Source: Perkinsela sp. CCAP 1560/9 (Eukaryota; Protista; Euglenozoa: Kinetoplastea). Taken from it: a DNA stretch of 64,000 bases. Each line of letters starts with the position of its first letter. The stretch's first letter is position 1. The notes under the pieces are model-generated. The model was not told the DNA's origin. It searched no databases and saw nothing but the letters and a program-made list of their open reading frames with translations. The translations under genes were made by a program, and so were the position numbers. Location: assembly GCA_965644495.1 (NCBI GenBank), contig CBFFSA010000003.1, positions 434,001 through 498,000 on the forward strand. Reading direction: 5' to 3'. Below are positions 20,902 to 32,356 of this stretch, one piece after another.

Positions 20902-23900
20902 ATGGAATGCGCAGAAGATGCTAAAGCGCGTACGGGGTACGGTACACGAACACTTACTATTTCAAGTGCGAGGACGATTTCGCATGTTGATAATCACATT
21001 ATTGAATCACTTGAAAACTCCTGTACTACGGTTGGGGATCCTCTTAGAAATGCATTTCAGGCCCACGTTCACAGAGGTGATGGAAACACACCAATTACAC
21101 ACGATTCAGAGAACATTGCATCGTGTGATAGTACTTTGACGCTCCTTCCAAGAACCTTAAAAAGTCATAATTCCTGGGATTCTTATAATTCTTACGAAGC
21201 ACAAGACCCGTTTGCCTATCTGCCCGAAAATATAAAACAGAGGATTAGAGATCGTGGTATTGCAAATCTCTATGATTGGCAGAAGGAAGTACTTACGCTT
21301 GAGGCAACAAGGCTAGAGAAAAATCTAGTTTACAGTTTACCTACAAGCGGTGGTAAAACGTTAGTAAGTGAAATACTTATTCTACGTCGCTTACTTCGCC
21401 CGCGACATTCCGAGATTGCTAAATCACACACCCAAGAACTGTACAATGAATGTGCTTCGCAGAAAATGAACACCTCTGTGGCAGAGGTGAATTCCCTAGC
21501 AATGTATGTGCTACCTTATGTATCTCTGGTTGAAGAACGAGTAGAATCTTTCAGAAGCTTAGTGGATAATGAAAAAGGTGTTAATAGTGATCCGCTACTT
21601 ACGAAGGAAGCCATAGTAGCGAACGGGACATCAATCTCGGTCGAGGCCTACGCGGGAGCTGCTGGACGCTATCCACCTCCAACCGCTCCTTCAGTTTTTG
21701 TTTGCACCATAGAAAAAGCAAGCGGAATGCTCAATACATTGTATGAGCTTGATCGTATTGATGAGTTGGGCATTGTAGTAATTGATGAGCTTCACATGGT
21801 AAGTGAATGTAACGGAAGGGGTGCAGTGCTTGAAAGCTTTGTAGCTAGATTATTGGCAGGAGCTCCCCACGTGCAGATTGTTGGAATGTCAGCGACGGTT
21901 CCCAATCTCGAACATTTATCATCATGGATCTCTGCACACAAGTACAAGAATTTGTTTAGACCAGTAAAGTTAATGTCGTACACTGTTTCAGGAGGAATTG
22001 TGAAAAACGCGGGGTATTGTAGGGCTGATATTCAGATGCAGAAGCAGGAGAGCTTGGGCAGTGAAGAAAAAATGTTCGAAGACACCAACGAGACAAAATC
22101 TTTGGAGGATACAACGTTTCAGAATAACGATGCTTTACCAGTACGAACTCTTACGCTATCAAATGCTTTAACTGAGAGGGAGCAAGTTCTTGCTTTGGTC
22201 GAGGAACTGTTCCTTGAAAGTGCGATCATAGTATTTTGCGCTACAAAGTTATCGTGTGAAAGCATGGCGACGTTTTTAGCAAAGAAATTGTGGAACCGCC
22301 GTAAAAAAGAGGCAAGCAACATTTATGAAGAGCTTGACTTATCACTTCCCCAAGAATCCAAAGAAAACTACAGTGCCTTTGCCGACAAACTTGTTCGCTT
22401 ACTCCCTTTTAGAGTTGGATACCATCACGGAGGTCTGACGGCGGACGAGCGTACATTTATAGAGAGCGCTTTCCGTTCAAAACGGATCTACGTATTGTGT
22501 GCAACATCTACACTTGCCGCGGGCGTCAATCTGCCCGTTAGAAGGGTTGTATTCCACAGCCCGTATATCGGAAAGAATTTTTTGCGGAAGTCACAATACC
22601 TTCAAATGTGTGGGAGAGCAGGCAGAGCAGGTCTGGATCCATACGGTGAGTCTTACCTCGTTCACAGCGCCAAGGACGCTCATCGAGTGCATAGCCTTGT
22701 TGCTGAAATTTCGGAGCCAGTCACCAGTGCTATTAGAAGTTGTCCTGGAATATCATCATGCTCAGATACAGGAAAGTTACAGAATACATTATGCCAATGG
22801 GATGCCGTACATGAGAATTATGATATTCAACTCGAATACGTACTTAGCCGCTATTTGTTAGAAATAGTGGGTTGCGGAATCGCTAAAAGCAGTCATGGAA
22901 TGCTTGAATCCGTTAAACAATTATTGTGTTGGAAGGAAGATGAATTACTAATTTCTCGCAAAACGTTAGAAGCGCTACGCTTATTAGAAGAAAACAAGTT
23001 ATTTCATAAGGTCGCGATAGGAGGACGAACGACAACAGAATACGCTAGCACACTTTCTCACAAGTATTCTACGGAGCGTGGCGCACCAGGGACTCCAGAT
23101 TACTTCACTAAACGTTCCGAATGTCGGAATTCGATTTATTGCAAATCAGCAGAATTCTACGAACTCTCACCTCTTGGCTTAAGTGTATTTCGATCAAATT
23201 TGCCAATTCCTGATGCTTTACTCATACACTCGGAGATTGTAGATGTGCAGCGGAAAGGACTTATCATGGAAGATGATCTTCACATTGTGTATATGTTAAC
23301 CCCTATTCGCGATATGCTGGAGCCTCACTGGTCGACGTATCAAAGACGATTAAGCCATTTATCGGCTTTGCAAATGAACATTGCGGAATCTATTGGTGTT
23401 TCAGAGCATTTCATTCAACTCCGGGCTTCAGGCATATGCTTGAACGTTGTTGAAGATAATTCGCTTCAGAACCCTACAGAAGGAAATAGGAAAAGTCCAC
23501 ACACATCCCGACGTGCTCATTTCGCAACCAGGCGCTTTTGGAGTGCTCTCATACTTTTCGATTTATTGCGCGAGGTTCCGGTAGATACTGTGGCGGAACG
23601 CTACAATATTCTACCAGGCCAAATACAAAACCTGATGAAGTCAGCATCTTTTTTCAGCACTTGCATGACCGCTTTTGCTCAAGCGATGGGATGGTATGCC
23701 TTGGAGTCTGTTCTGTCCGGATATGTGAAGCGGCTTGGATACGGTGTACGTCCGGATGTTTTACCACTTATGGCTATCAAAGGAGTACAAGCGACTCGCG
23801 CACGGCTACTTTGGCAGGCAGGATACCGCACCATAAAACAACTTGCACAGTCAGATCCAGAAAAACTTCTTCAACGATTAAAGGAAACAAGCGCAAATCT

Positions 23901-24042
23901 TTTCAAAGGAAAAGATGGCTCAGCAAATGCAGTTAAATATCTCACAAAACGCAGTGCGTTAAAACTCATTCACTCTGCTCATGCATGCCTGAAAGAAACT
24001 ACCTCTTCTAAATACAACGAAATTCGTGAGCTGAACTGTTAA
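20902..24042 (+). CDS. HELQ/DNA polymerase theta-type SF2 helicase (helicase domain only)
   Basis: 'LYDWQKE', 'YSLPTSGGKTLVSE', 'IDELHMV', 'GMSAT', 'YHHGGLT', 'ATSTLAAGVNLP', 'QMCGRAGRAG'; no A-family polymerase domain follows. Confidence 0.92.
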   Translation: MECAEDAKARTGYGTRTLTISSARTISHVDNHIIESLENSCTTVGDPLRNAFQAHVHRGDGNTPITHDSENIASCDSTLTLLPRTLKSHNSWDSYNSYEAQDPFAYLPENIKQRIRDRGIANLYDWQKEVLTLEATRLEKNLVYSLPTSGGKTLVSEILILRRLLRPRHSEIAKSHTQELYNECASQKMNTSVAEVNSLAMYVLPYVSLVEERVESFRSLVDNEKGVNSDPLLTKEAIVANGTSISVEAYAGAAGRYPPPTAPSVFVCTIEKASGMLNTLYELDRIDELGIVVIDELHMVSECNGRGAVLESFVARLLAGAPHVQIVGMSATVPNLEHLSSWISAHKYKNLFRPVKLMSYTVSGGIVKNAGYCRADIQMQKQESLGSEEKMFEDTNETKSLEDTTFQNNDALPVRTLTLSNALTEREQVLALVEELFLESAIIVFCATKLSCESMATFLAKKLWNRRKKEASNIYEELDLSLPQESKENYSAFADKLVRLLPFRVGYHHGGLTADERTFIESAFRSKRIYVLCATSTLAAGVNLPVRRVVFHSPYIGKNFLRKSQYLQMCGRAGRAGLDPYGESYLVHSAKDAHRVHSLVAEISEPVTSAIRSCPGISSCSDTGKLQNTLCQWDAVHENYDIQLEYVLSRYLLEIVGCGIAKSSHGMLESVKQLLCWKEDELLISRKTLEALRLLEENKLFHKVAIGGRTTTEYASTLSHKYSTERGAPGTPDYFTKRSECRNSIYCKSAEFYELSPLGLSVFRSNLPIPDALLIHSEIVDVQRKGLIMEDDLHIVYMLTPIRDMLEPHWSTYQRRLSHLSALQMNIAESIGVSEHFIQLRASGICLNVVEDNSLQNPTEGNRKSPHTSRRAHFATRRFWSALILFDLLREVPVDTVAERYNILPGQIQNLMKSASFFSTCMTAFAQAMGWYALESVLSGYVKRLGYGVRPDVLPLMAIKGVQATRARLLWQAGYRTIKQLAQSDPEKLLQRLKETSANLFKGKDGSANAVKYLTKRSALKLIHSAHACLKETTSSKYNEIRELNC

Positions 24043-24322
24043 AAAATAATACAGATCATATCATTAAGACGTGAAGTGTGAATAGTAGCTCATACTAGAA
24101 ATATAAGAATAGCCGCGTCTGTTTTTCGGAAACACTATTCTTCAGATGAAAAATACTTGCCATTCGTATTAGAAATGCTGTATCGTTTACTTGAAATGAC
24201 CCGTAAACAACGTACAATGGCATACTTCAAAGGCCTTTAATATTCAATATTATTGAACAATTTCACACTGTACCAAGGATAACTTGCTTTCTCAATATCA
24301 TTTCTTAGCTTGTGAAAAAATA

Positions 24323-25228
24323 ATGAAACGTTTGATCACAAATCAACTTTCCGCCTTTAGAGTTGACAACTTTGGAAGCATTTTGCACCTCAAAGACGCT
24401 GTGATCTTGAGCTCAATTCGACATGGGAACATAAATAGTCGTTTGCGAAATGCAGAACAACAAAATCAAATTTTCCCCACGACCTACGATTTCGATTCCG
24501 AAAAGGCTGCTGCGACTCAATCATACACCTCCCTAGACTGCGTCATGGAGACCTCAATCGCACCACTGGGTTGGGGTTCTTGGCAGAGCTTAAAAGCCAG
24601 GGCTTCTTTGTGGATGTCTTTACGACGTCTTCGTGACCGTCGGCCGGATTTGACCAAAACGGTCATATTAGATCGTTATCTTCAATACAAACGTCTCAGC
24701 CACTCTCGAAACGATGCGGAATTAATGAATTTGGGACAGTTTACCACACCCGGGGAGGCCATGCGTCTGAGAGAGACGCGAAGCGCCGAACTGCGGAAAG
24801 TAAAAATGGGGTCAAAATGGCGTCACATGGCAATGACAGATAAAGTACCTGGAAACTACTTGTCGTCGAAAAGCAAAGATCTGCAAAATGGTGCCTCAAG
24901 CCACATATCCTCTGATGTATACTCACTTGAAGTTATTGAATTCACACCGATTGCTTCGTTTTATGGTTGTTTACCTCAGGAAGATTGGCTACAAATTACG
25001 TACTGCGTAAAGGGGTTGGAATACTTGGACGGAAAGCAGAAGCCAGAAAAAGTGCTGGAGTATTCTGTGATGGAATTTCGTTTGACCGATGGGATTGTGC
25101 GCGCCAATGCATTTCCTCCCATTGTAGTAGCCGTCATGGATAGCACGGGTTGTCGCCACGGGCGGGATGGTATGGATGCAGTGCAGTTGCGGAAACAAAT
25201 GAAACAAAAGCTTTTCTGGTCTGCTTAA
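24323..25228 (+). CDS. Hypothetical, probably mitochondrial; possible Tim44-like (mL45/Mba1) domain
   Basis: 'MKRLIT...' start; C-terminal 'EDWLQITY...KVLEYSVMEF' resembles Tim44-like beta strands. Confidence 0.45.
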   Translation: MKRLITNQLSAFRVDNFGSILHLKDAVILSSIRHGNINSRLRNAEQQNQIFPTTYDFDSEKAAATQSYTSLDCVMETSIAPLGWGSWQSLKARASLWMSLRRLRDRRPDLTKTVILDRYLQYKRLSHSRNDAELMNLGQFTTPGEAMRLRETRSAELRKVKMGSKWRHMAMTDKVPGNYLSSKSKDLQNGASSHISSDVYSLEVIEFTPIASFYGCLPQEDWLQITYCVKGLEYLDGKQKPEKVLEYSVMEFRLTDGIVRANAFPPIVVAVMDSTGCRHGRDGMDAVQLRKQMKQKLFWSA

Positions 25229-25601
25229 AGTTTTGCAGCGGGCTATAAGGTACAGTAACAGATATTTTGGACAACAACGCGGACTGTATCAAGCCTTTCT
25301 AAGCCGGCCGTTTTCATCCATAAGTCTACTGTTATAGACTATAATAAGCTCGCCTTTTTAAAGTCATGCAATTGCAATATAGGCCAATAGTGTGCGTGTA
25401 ATATTGCACAAATTCGGAACCCCATTGAATCGGGGGGATAGTAAATATATTACATGCATACATGTATAACGCGCATTAAATTCATGTTTATGTATGCATG
25501 TCTAAAATGGATGTACTTTCCACGAACATACAGTTACATGTACATCCGATTTCTACTCATAATCCAACACAACCCTATGCCTTCGTTTTAAGATCCGTGC
25601 A

Positions 25602-28307
25602 ATGTGGAACAAACTTTTATGCGACCGCCAAACGTTTTTCACCTTATTTCGGGGTGAGGCCTCCGATGAGCTCACGTGCTTTGTTGAAAACTTTTTGCAG
25701 CCCACTGCTCCATCTACAGAAAAGCGAAAGACCGCTCTAAGCTTCATCGAAAATTGTATTGAGCGCTGTGCGGTTCGTCTTGGTATTGAGAAATCGAAAG
25801 TGAGCGTGCACTTGTTCGGATCATTTTATCATGGTACGTATCTTCCCGACGGCGACGTAGATATTACAGTTCGTTCTCCTTCAAGGAACGTAGTTGCACT
25901 GATGCATAGTTTGTACAGTACACTTGAGGAAGCCCAGATACCCGTAGAATTCGTCCAGGCTGAGGTCAAACTGCTGAAGTGTTACATTAACGAAATCTGT
26001 ATTGACGTCACCTTTAATCAAGTTTTCGGCATTGTCACCGCGAGGTTGGTGCATCACGTTACAGAAATTGATCTTTTTCCTTCGAATTTAGTCAAACACA
26101 GCATTCTTTTGATCAAAGCTTGGGCGTATCACGAGACAAGAGTTTTGGGGGCAAATGGCGGATTATTGGGCACGTACGCCATAACAGTTATGCTTTTTTG
26201 CGTTCTGAACTCCTTATCTCAACATGTGCCCTTGCGTACGCTTACACCTCTGGAGTTGCTATCTCATTTTTTTGCCTTCTTCAGGGAGTTTTCGCTGCTT
26301 ACGCATATTGTTACAGTGTACGGTAGCATTTCAAAATCAGCAGAATCCTCGGCGGAAAAACAAGAGACCCTAGGAACTGCATTTCAAAAAAAGATCATAA
26401 GTCGAAACGATGTTCTAAGTTTTATGAGCCATTACGCATCTTTCTTGGACGAAAATATACCGTTGCTGTCGTCTACTCAGCCGGCATCAATAAATTCGTC
26501 ATCACATCAGTGCTCGTACGAAGCGAATTCTCCATCACGTGAGTTGGACTCGCTGCCAGAGAATTCCAAAGAAGATTCAAGTACCACAGAAAAATTACCA
26601 AGTATCACGGGAACAGCGCCGCCTCTAGAAGCGTACGTTGCCGAAAGAGACGTCGCCCCGGACGGTACGAATCCTGACTATTCCTTCGAAATAGTTGACT
26701 CAAGACCGATAAATATTGCCGATCCTCTACGACCCGAAAGTAATCTCGCAAGAGGCATCCACAAGAGCCACGCACTCCGGATTCAGGAAGCGATATCAAG
26801 AGCGGCCCATGTATTGGATCTAATTCTTCAGGAATATGTAGTGCATACCGACGAGAAAATATCATTACTTTCAAAAGTTGCTACAGTTCAGCTTAATCCT
26901 GTCGTCCAGCGAGACACTGTATATGAAGAAAGGACCGATATTTATAATAGAAACATTGCACCCTGCGTATCGAACGGCACGCCCCAGAAGATTTGTTCAA
27001 GCCCCATTTTAAAGTTTTTCAAGTGCACAGCTTATGCTTGTATTTTCAGCCAGAAATTGCTGAGTTTACGCGAAGCATCGGTTCATTCCTGTGATATTCG
27101 AGGAGTGCGAAACAGCCGATCGAAAAGTACAGAAGCAAATGATGATTTAGAGGTGCCCGCATCTATATTATGTCCATCCCCACCGATGATTGGACCATCT
27201 CCTTTGGACAAAAACTCGATAATTTGTGAGGAGGGTAATAACTATCTCGGAAGTGAAAACTCGCAGAGATATCCGCCCGCACTTGATTCACCTTCTGACG
27301 TGCGCATAGGTTATAACATTCGAGATCATGATGTATCTAACAGTGAAGCGCCAAGATTGGGAATTGCGGCAAGAACGCCTGTTACACGAACCACAAACAA
27401 GAATATCAATACAGACAGTAGTCACGCCATGCAGGCTCCTCTGTCGGCACATTCTCATAGTTTTATGCCCAATTTGCGCGACACATCTACCTGGCTTCAT
27501 TCCCCTCCACAGCCCATGTTTGAACCTCCTTGGAACATCCAATCAAAGCACCTTCACCCTCCTCGTGCTCTGCCTGTGGAGAATTTTCTTAATTCCTATT
27601 CGGGGACCATGCCTGCAGTCAATTTGAACAGCTTCGCTTGGACGCCACGGCATCCCGCTGGTGAGTTCAAACCACCCGTGACCCCAGGAGTTCCCCCATT
27701 CATTTATTATGGAACTCAAGATGAAACTTACCCCCATGGACCTGCGTGGGCCACGAACTACCCGCTTCCCCCTGCACATGTCAGAGACCCACACAACCCG
27801 GTTCTTCACAACATGACCCCAAACCCCGTGTATTATGGAACACCCTTCCCCTACCCCTCGGGACAATCAGTACCATTTCCCCCCTCGGTTCCCGGCCCCA
27901 TGTTCGAAAATCAACCCTTTAACGTGTTGGATCACGGATACGCCACCCATCGATACCCGAACTACTCCAGAGGGTACCGATACAATAGGAACTCACGTTT
28001 TCATCACACCGCACGCCCCGGCGCTGTGAATCTTCCCACTCCCCCCGATAAGCAAGCCGTTGTGCCGGAGAAGGCAAACAGCAATGCAACGCCGACGAAT
28101 TCAGAGTTGAATGTACAAAGCAATACACCGATGCAAGAACAAGGTTCTGAAGAAGAGCAAAAAGAGAGTGAATCAAACGAAGAAGAAACGATACGGGCAT
28201 CTTCTCAAAGGGGTACAACTTTGCATCCATTAAATGATCCGTCTAATTTGGAGGAAAAAAATCAGAGTGAAAAGAAATACGTGCCACCGCATCTCCGAAG
28301 ATCATAG
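25602..28307 (+). CDS. Non-canonical poly(A) polymerase / terminal nucleotidyltransferase (Pol-beta superfamily)
   Basis: 'FGSFYHGTYLPDGDVDIT' (hGS..DxD), 'AEVKLLKC...IDVTFNQ', 'ILLIKAWAYHETRVLGA..GLLGTYA', 'NIADPLRPESNLARGI'; Pro-rich tail. Confidence 0.88.
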   Translation: MWNKLLCDRQTFFTLFRGEASDELTCFVENFLQPTAPSTEKRKTALSFIENCIERCAVRLGIEKSKVSVHLFGSFYHGTYLPDGDVDITVRSPSRNVVALMHSLYSTLEEAQIPVEFVQAEVKLLKCYINEICIDVTFNQVFGIVTARLVHHVTEIDLFPSNLVKHSILLIKAWAYHETRVLGANGGLLGTYAITVMLFCVLNSLSQHVPLRTLTPLELLSHFFAFFREFSLLTHIVTVYGSISKSAESSAEKQETLGTAFQKKIISRNDVLSFMSHYASFLDENIPLLSSTQPASINSSSHQCSYEANSPSRELDSLPENSKEDSSTTEKLPSITGTAPPLEAYVAERDVAPDGTNPDYSFEIVDSRPINIADPLRPESNLARGIHKSHALRIQEAISRAAHVLDLILQEYVVHTDEKISLLSKVATVQLNPVVQRDTVYEERTDIYNRNIAPCVSNGTPQKICSSPILKFFKCTAYACIFSQKLLSLREASVHSCDIRGVRNSRSKSTEANDDLEVPASILCPSPPMIGPSPLDKNSIICEEGNNYLGSENSQRYPPALDSPSDVRIGYNIRDHDVSNSEAPRLGIAARTPVTRTTNKNINTDSSHAMQAPLSAHSHSFMPNLRDTSTWLHSPPQPMFEPPWNIQSKHLHPPRALPVENFLNSYSGTMPAVNLNSFAWTPRHPAGEFKPPVTPGVPPFIYYGTQDETYPHGPAWATNYPLPPAHVRDPHNPVLHNMTPNPVYYGTPFPYPSGQSVPFPPSVPGPMFENQPFNVLDHGYATHRYPNYSRGYRYNRNSRFHHTARPGAVNLPTPPDKQAVVPEKANSNATPTNSELNVQSNTPMQEQGSEEEQKESESNEEETIRASSQRGTTLHPLNDPSNLEEKNQSEKKYVPPHLRRS

Positions 28308-28987
28308 TAGTGGCCATGGAACATGGTGGCAAGGGGCTCGTCAGTAAGGATGTCTAGTCCTTGTCTAATAAGCAACTAAGGCCTCACTCGTTCTTGTCTA
28401 CTGCTTGCCTAGTAAGCACCAGAGAAATACGTACTTGTATTTACATGTACATATACACAAGATTAGGTTTCCAACGTGTCGAGGCGCTCTGGCGCTTGGT
28501 GTACCATGTAAAAATCTTTGAAAATACGTGAGGGTGCGACCTTCTTTTATGTGGAAGATCGGAGCAGGTGTGAGTTTCGGCATTTCAATGCAACGTTCAA
28601 TAGGATGAACAAATCAAGAGGATGGTCCCCGCATGGCTTTGTACTTCAGCAAGATCGTTTTATGCATGCATGATATTACTATACTCACCTACTATACGTT
28701 ACGGACCCAGTCCACGAAATAAGGATTTGAACGACCTTTACATGAAAATAGGCGAAGTAAAAATGCACTAATGACATTTGTTTTACGAAGATACTTGCTT
28801 GCAGTACATACTTCATTACTACTTGACGTATAAAATGAATTTAATTTAAACATACGGTAGATACATGCCTTATTCCTATAACTATTTGGGAATCTTAGTA
28901 AATAATTACTAAGAGCAATTATTAGGAGAATCTTAGTATAATTAATACTAAGAACTTTATTTCGAGAGAATTTAGACACCCTTACAC

Positions 28988-30073
28988 ATGAACGTTTATT
29001 TAGGTTTTTGCCGACTCCAGCATTTGTATGCGGGGAGGGCGCACCACCGAGGTGTAGTCTTGTTCAAATGCTCTTTTTTGCATCCCATGCGTGACCTTGA
29101 GACTTTTCATGTCCAGCTGCAATCTCGTGCCACATCACTGACTTCCTACAGGGTCGAACGCGGAGTACTTGGTCATGCTATAATGTATCATGAGCTGCGA
29201 AGACTTTATTCACACACGAACGTGAAGTGCGGACCCGTCTCACGTGAAGAACTGGAACGGGAAAACAAATTACGTGAACAAGTAGTAACTGCAATGGGAT
29301 GGAATCCCATAACGTCCAGAAAGAGTACAGTTAAAGGAGGAAACTCTATTTCCCATAAGCACGAGACCAAACCCGGTACAGAAAATGGGAGTGAGACCGC
29401 TATAAAAACTACGGACTCTACGCGACCGACTAGAGAATCTACTTCAGATCAAACTGCTCCAAATGACATGCCGCCCAGAGCTCCTTTATCTGCATATCTA
29501 TTTCAGGCATTTTTTTGGGGTATGCTGGTTGTCCTCCTGTACGACATTTTCCAGTCCGCAAAAGATACTCACGCATACAACTTGCCGCTCTGGATGGCAC
29601 CGCCCGATGTATGCGCCCGCTGGCTTCTGCTCTCTTTGTGCCATCCGGCATCAAAGGTGAAACTCGTTAGGGAAGAGTACGAAACAATGCAAAAAACGAA
29701 CCCGCTCCTTACGTTCGCGGATTTTCTTGCTTCTCGGTATCCTACTTTACTCCAGGGTCGTGCCGTGTCTCAAGACTACGCTGTATATGTTTTATCCCAC
29801 GCTGTGGCGTCCGAAGACACATTCTTGTTCCGCCGTCTTCTTCTTAGGACCCCACGGGGCAAAGAAAGCATGGACCGCGTGGATGACTTGATCTCGCGTG
29901 TCTCGGCGTCGTTCCCACCCCCACCTCCGAATTTCGGACCGCATCACTTTGCAATGCCACGAAATACAGAGCAATCACAAATTATAAACCCCACGGAACA
30001 CATGCACATAAGAAACACACCCTTGTACGGAATTTCATGTGAAAACGAAAGAAACGATGGCTTTGTTCATTAG
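28988..30073 (+). CDS. Hypothetical single-pass membrane protein
   Basis: 361 aa ORF; hydrophobic 'YLFQAFFWGMLVVLLYDIF'; start codon uncertain. Confidence 0.6.
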   Translation: MNVYLGFCRLQHLYAGRAHHRGVVLFKCSFLHPMRDLETFHVQLQSRATSLTSYRVERGVLGHAIMYHELRRLYSHTNVKCGPVSREELERENKLREQVVTAMGWNPITSRKSTVKGGNSISHKHETKPGTENGSETAIKTTDSTRPTRESTSDQTAPNDMPPRAPLSAYLFQAFFWGMLVVLLYDIFQSAKDTHAYNLPLWMAPPDVCARWLLLSLCHPASKVKLVREEYETMQKTNPLLTFADFLASRYPTLLQGRAVSQDYAVYVLSHAVASEDTFLFRRLLLRTPRGKESMDRVDDLISRVSASFPPPPPNFGPHHFAMPRNTEQSQIINPTEHMHIRNTPLYGISCENERNDGFVH

Positions 30074-30427
30074 ATTAGTTTTTCTTTAGGGATTCCACAG
30101 GAAGACCAATGAATTGAATTAAAATTGTACATAAACCGGTTTGTTTTGACAACGAATAGATTAAAAAATTGAGTAGCTACTGAAGATATAAAAAAACTGA
30201 ACCAATTTAAACCATAAATTGAATAACGATCCCTGCTTTACCTGAATAAGCCTTCGTATGATACGAATTGTATCATATTAAATTTATTTCTGAACAATGT
30301 CAACATATTAGACATGGACTTTCTTCATGTGGCTTAGTTCCATGTACCATAGCTCTGTAGTTTACAAGTACCCTATTCTTATGTGGAACTAGAACTCTAT
30401 TTTAGCCATGAATTTCCGTTACTAAGG

Positions 30428-32356
30428 ATGTCAAAATCGGAAAACGCGTCGGAAAGTAAGGAAGATACACAACCCGCACGACATCATCACTTGACCCCGT
30501 TACAGTACAACAAAGATGCTACGGTGTCACCAACCTACCCGCCCTCCGGGAGTACGGGCTTCGGTCGGGCCAGTGACTATGGCAGTCCGATGGCTCTTAT
30601 GCCACGATCCATGGGAAGCAGAGCCGCGCCCGTACCCAGGGAATACGACAGCATGCCCCCGTCTTCTGGATACGGAAGAGGTCAGAGAGGGAAGAAGCTT
30701 CGATCGTTGTTTCATGGGCTAATGCCTTTCTGGCTCTCTGGGTTGTTTTTATGGGCGCTGACGGTTACCGTGCTGCTAGGGGTGTATCGCAAAACCGACC
30801 CGAGACAGACCTTGGAGCCCAAGGACCTTAGTCTGCTTCCGCTTCCCACGAAAAGGGCCACAATTCTTCAGTTTAACGATATTTATGAGTTGATCCAGTT
30901 TAATGACCGGGGAGGGTTGTCTCGTGCCGTGGCACAACGGAAACGCTATGAGAAATCAAACCCGAACAACACAATTTCAATCTTTTCTGGAGACCTGTTT
31001 AGTCCATCCGCATTGTCCGCTGCATTCATCGACCCAACGAGTCGGGAACGTTTGAACGGAATTCAAATGGTGAACGTGACCAATTTGCTTTTCGACATGG
31101 CTGGCTTTGGCAACCACGAGTTTGATCTCAAAGAGAAGGAATTCACTCAGAGACTTCGTGAGTCACGCTATCCCTGGGTGTCCACAAATATCAAGTCACG
31201 GGCTTTTCCGCCAGGAACGGTTCACCGCTATCTGCTCCGCACTGTTGGGGGAATACGAATGGGATTTATCGGCACTTGTGTAGACAGCATCAATCCCCAC
31301 TACGTTGAGATTGAGACCTACACCGAGACCTTAAAAACGGTTCAAAAAACCGCTCGGTATTTGCGCAAACATAAAGATGTGGAATTCGTCGTGCTGATCT
31401 CTCACGATGATATGCCGCGTGATATTCGGATGGTACAGGAGCAGCTCGGGGTAGATCTAGTGCTCGGAGGGCATAACCACGAAAATATGCTGTTTCGGGT
31501 CTCAAACGAGCACGTAACCGTTGCCAAGGCGGATTCCAACATTCGAACATTCTTTGTGCACGAGGTGTTTCGCAACCCGGATCGAGATCATACGGTTCCT
31601 GTCCCAGTTAACCCGTACACGGTGCGTAGTGAGCTGATTTCTGTCACAAAGGATATGCCATGCGACCCGCAGGCCGATCACCTGATTGCGCACTGGTGGG
31701 CGATTGCTTCTCGTTCCTTCGCCTCTGAGAATTTCAATTTGGAAGAGGTGGTCACTGAAATCCCACGTGGGAGTGTCTGGGACGGACGAAATATAGTCAT
31801 GCGGCGCGCGCCAACAGGTTTGTCTGATCTAGTTGCGAAGAGCATTGCGTACTGTGCTCAGGACATGAAGCTATCTAATTTTTCAGGTGCTTTTTATAAT
31901 GTGGGCATGATTCGCGTGGATGATATTGTAGGTCCTGGTGAGGTGACGGTGTACGACGTGCTTCGAATTTTGCCGTATTTGAACGTGATGGCTATCATTG
32001 ATATTAGCGGTGAAAGACTGTTGGAAATTTTCAAAGTCTCTTTTACAGAGAATATTCTTCTTGGAGGTTTCATGCAGCTCGGTGAAATGTTTAGTCGTTC
32101 ATGCACCAACGTAGATGCTTTGCGAGCGCATCCGAACAACGAGGACCCTGCAATGAATTGTAAACTGAATGGTGAAGATGTAGTCCTTGATAAAATGTAT
32201 GCTTTGGCTACCAACAAATTTCTTCTGACTGGAAAGGAGCGCAACCTCCGTATTATGTCACCTGAACAAAGCTCAGATATCAGGCTGGTGAAAGATACTA
32301 AGCTTGACTTTCGCCGCTGTTTTATTCGCTACCTGAAGGAAACTCGTTTCACGTAA
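30428..32356 (+). CDS. 5'-nucleotidase (calcineurin-like metallophosphoesterase + 5'-NT C domain) with type II membrane anchor
   Basis: 'FNDIYE', 'GGLSRA', 'SGDLFSPS', 'FGNHEFD', 'ISHD', 'LGGHNHE', 'NVGMIRVDD', 'YDVLRILPY'; TM segment ~30707-30787. Confidence 0.9.
   Translation: MSKSENASESKEDTQPARHHHLTPLQYNKDATVSPTYPPSGSTGFGRASDYGSPMALMPRSMGSRAAPVPREYDSMPPSSGYGRGQRGKKLRSLFHGLMPFWLSGLFLWALTVTVLLGVYRKTDPRQTLEPKDLSLLPLPTKRATILQFNDIYELIQFNDRGGLSRAVAQRKRYEKSNPNNTISIFSGDLFSPSALSAAFIDPTSRERLNGIQMVNVTNLLFDMAGFGNHEFDLKEKEFTQRLRESRYPWVSTNIKSRAFPPGTVHRYLLRTVGGIRMGFIGTCVDSINPHYVEIETYTETLKTVQKTARYLRKHKDVEFVVLISHDDMPRDIRMVQEQLGVDLVLGGHNHENMLFRVSNEHVTVAKADSNIRTFFVHEVFRNPDRDHTVPVPVNPYTVRSELISVTKDMPCDPQADHLIAHWWAIASRSFASENFNLEEVVTEIPRGSVWDGRNIVMRRAPTGLSDLVAKSIAYCAQDMKLSNFSGAFYNVGMIRVDDIVGPGEVTVYDVLRILPYLNVMAIIDISGERLLEIFKVSFTENILLGGFMQLGEMFSRSCTNVDALRAHPNNEDPAMNCKLNGEDVVLDKMYALATNKFLLTGKERNLRIMSPEQSSDIRLVKDTKLDFRRCFIRYLKETRFT

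Noticed and set aside
28310-28680. Possible snoRNA cluster in spacer
   Set aside because: No convincing paired C/D boxes or AGA-box hairpins could be established by eye.
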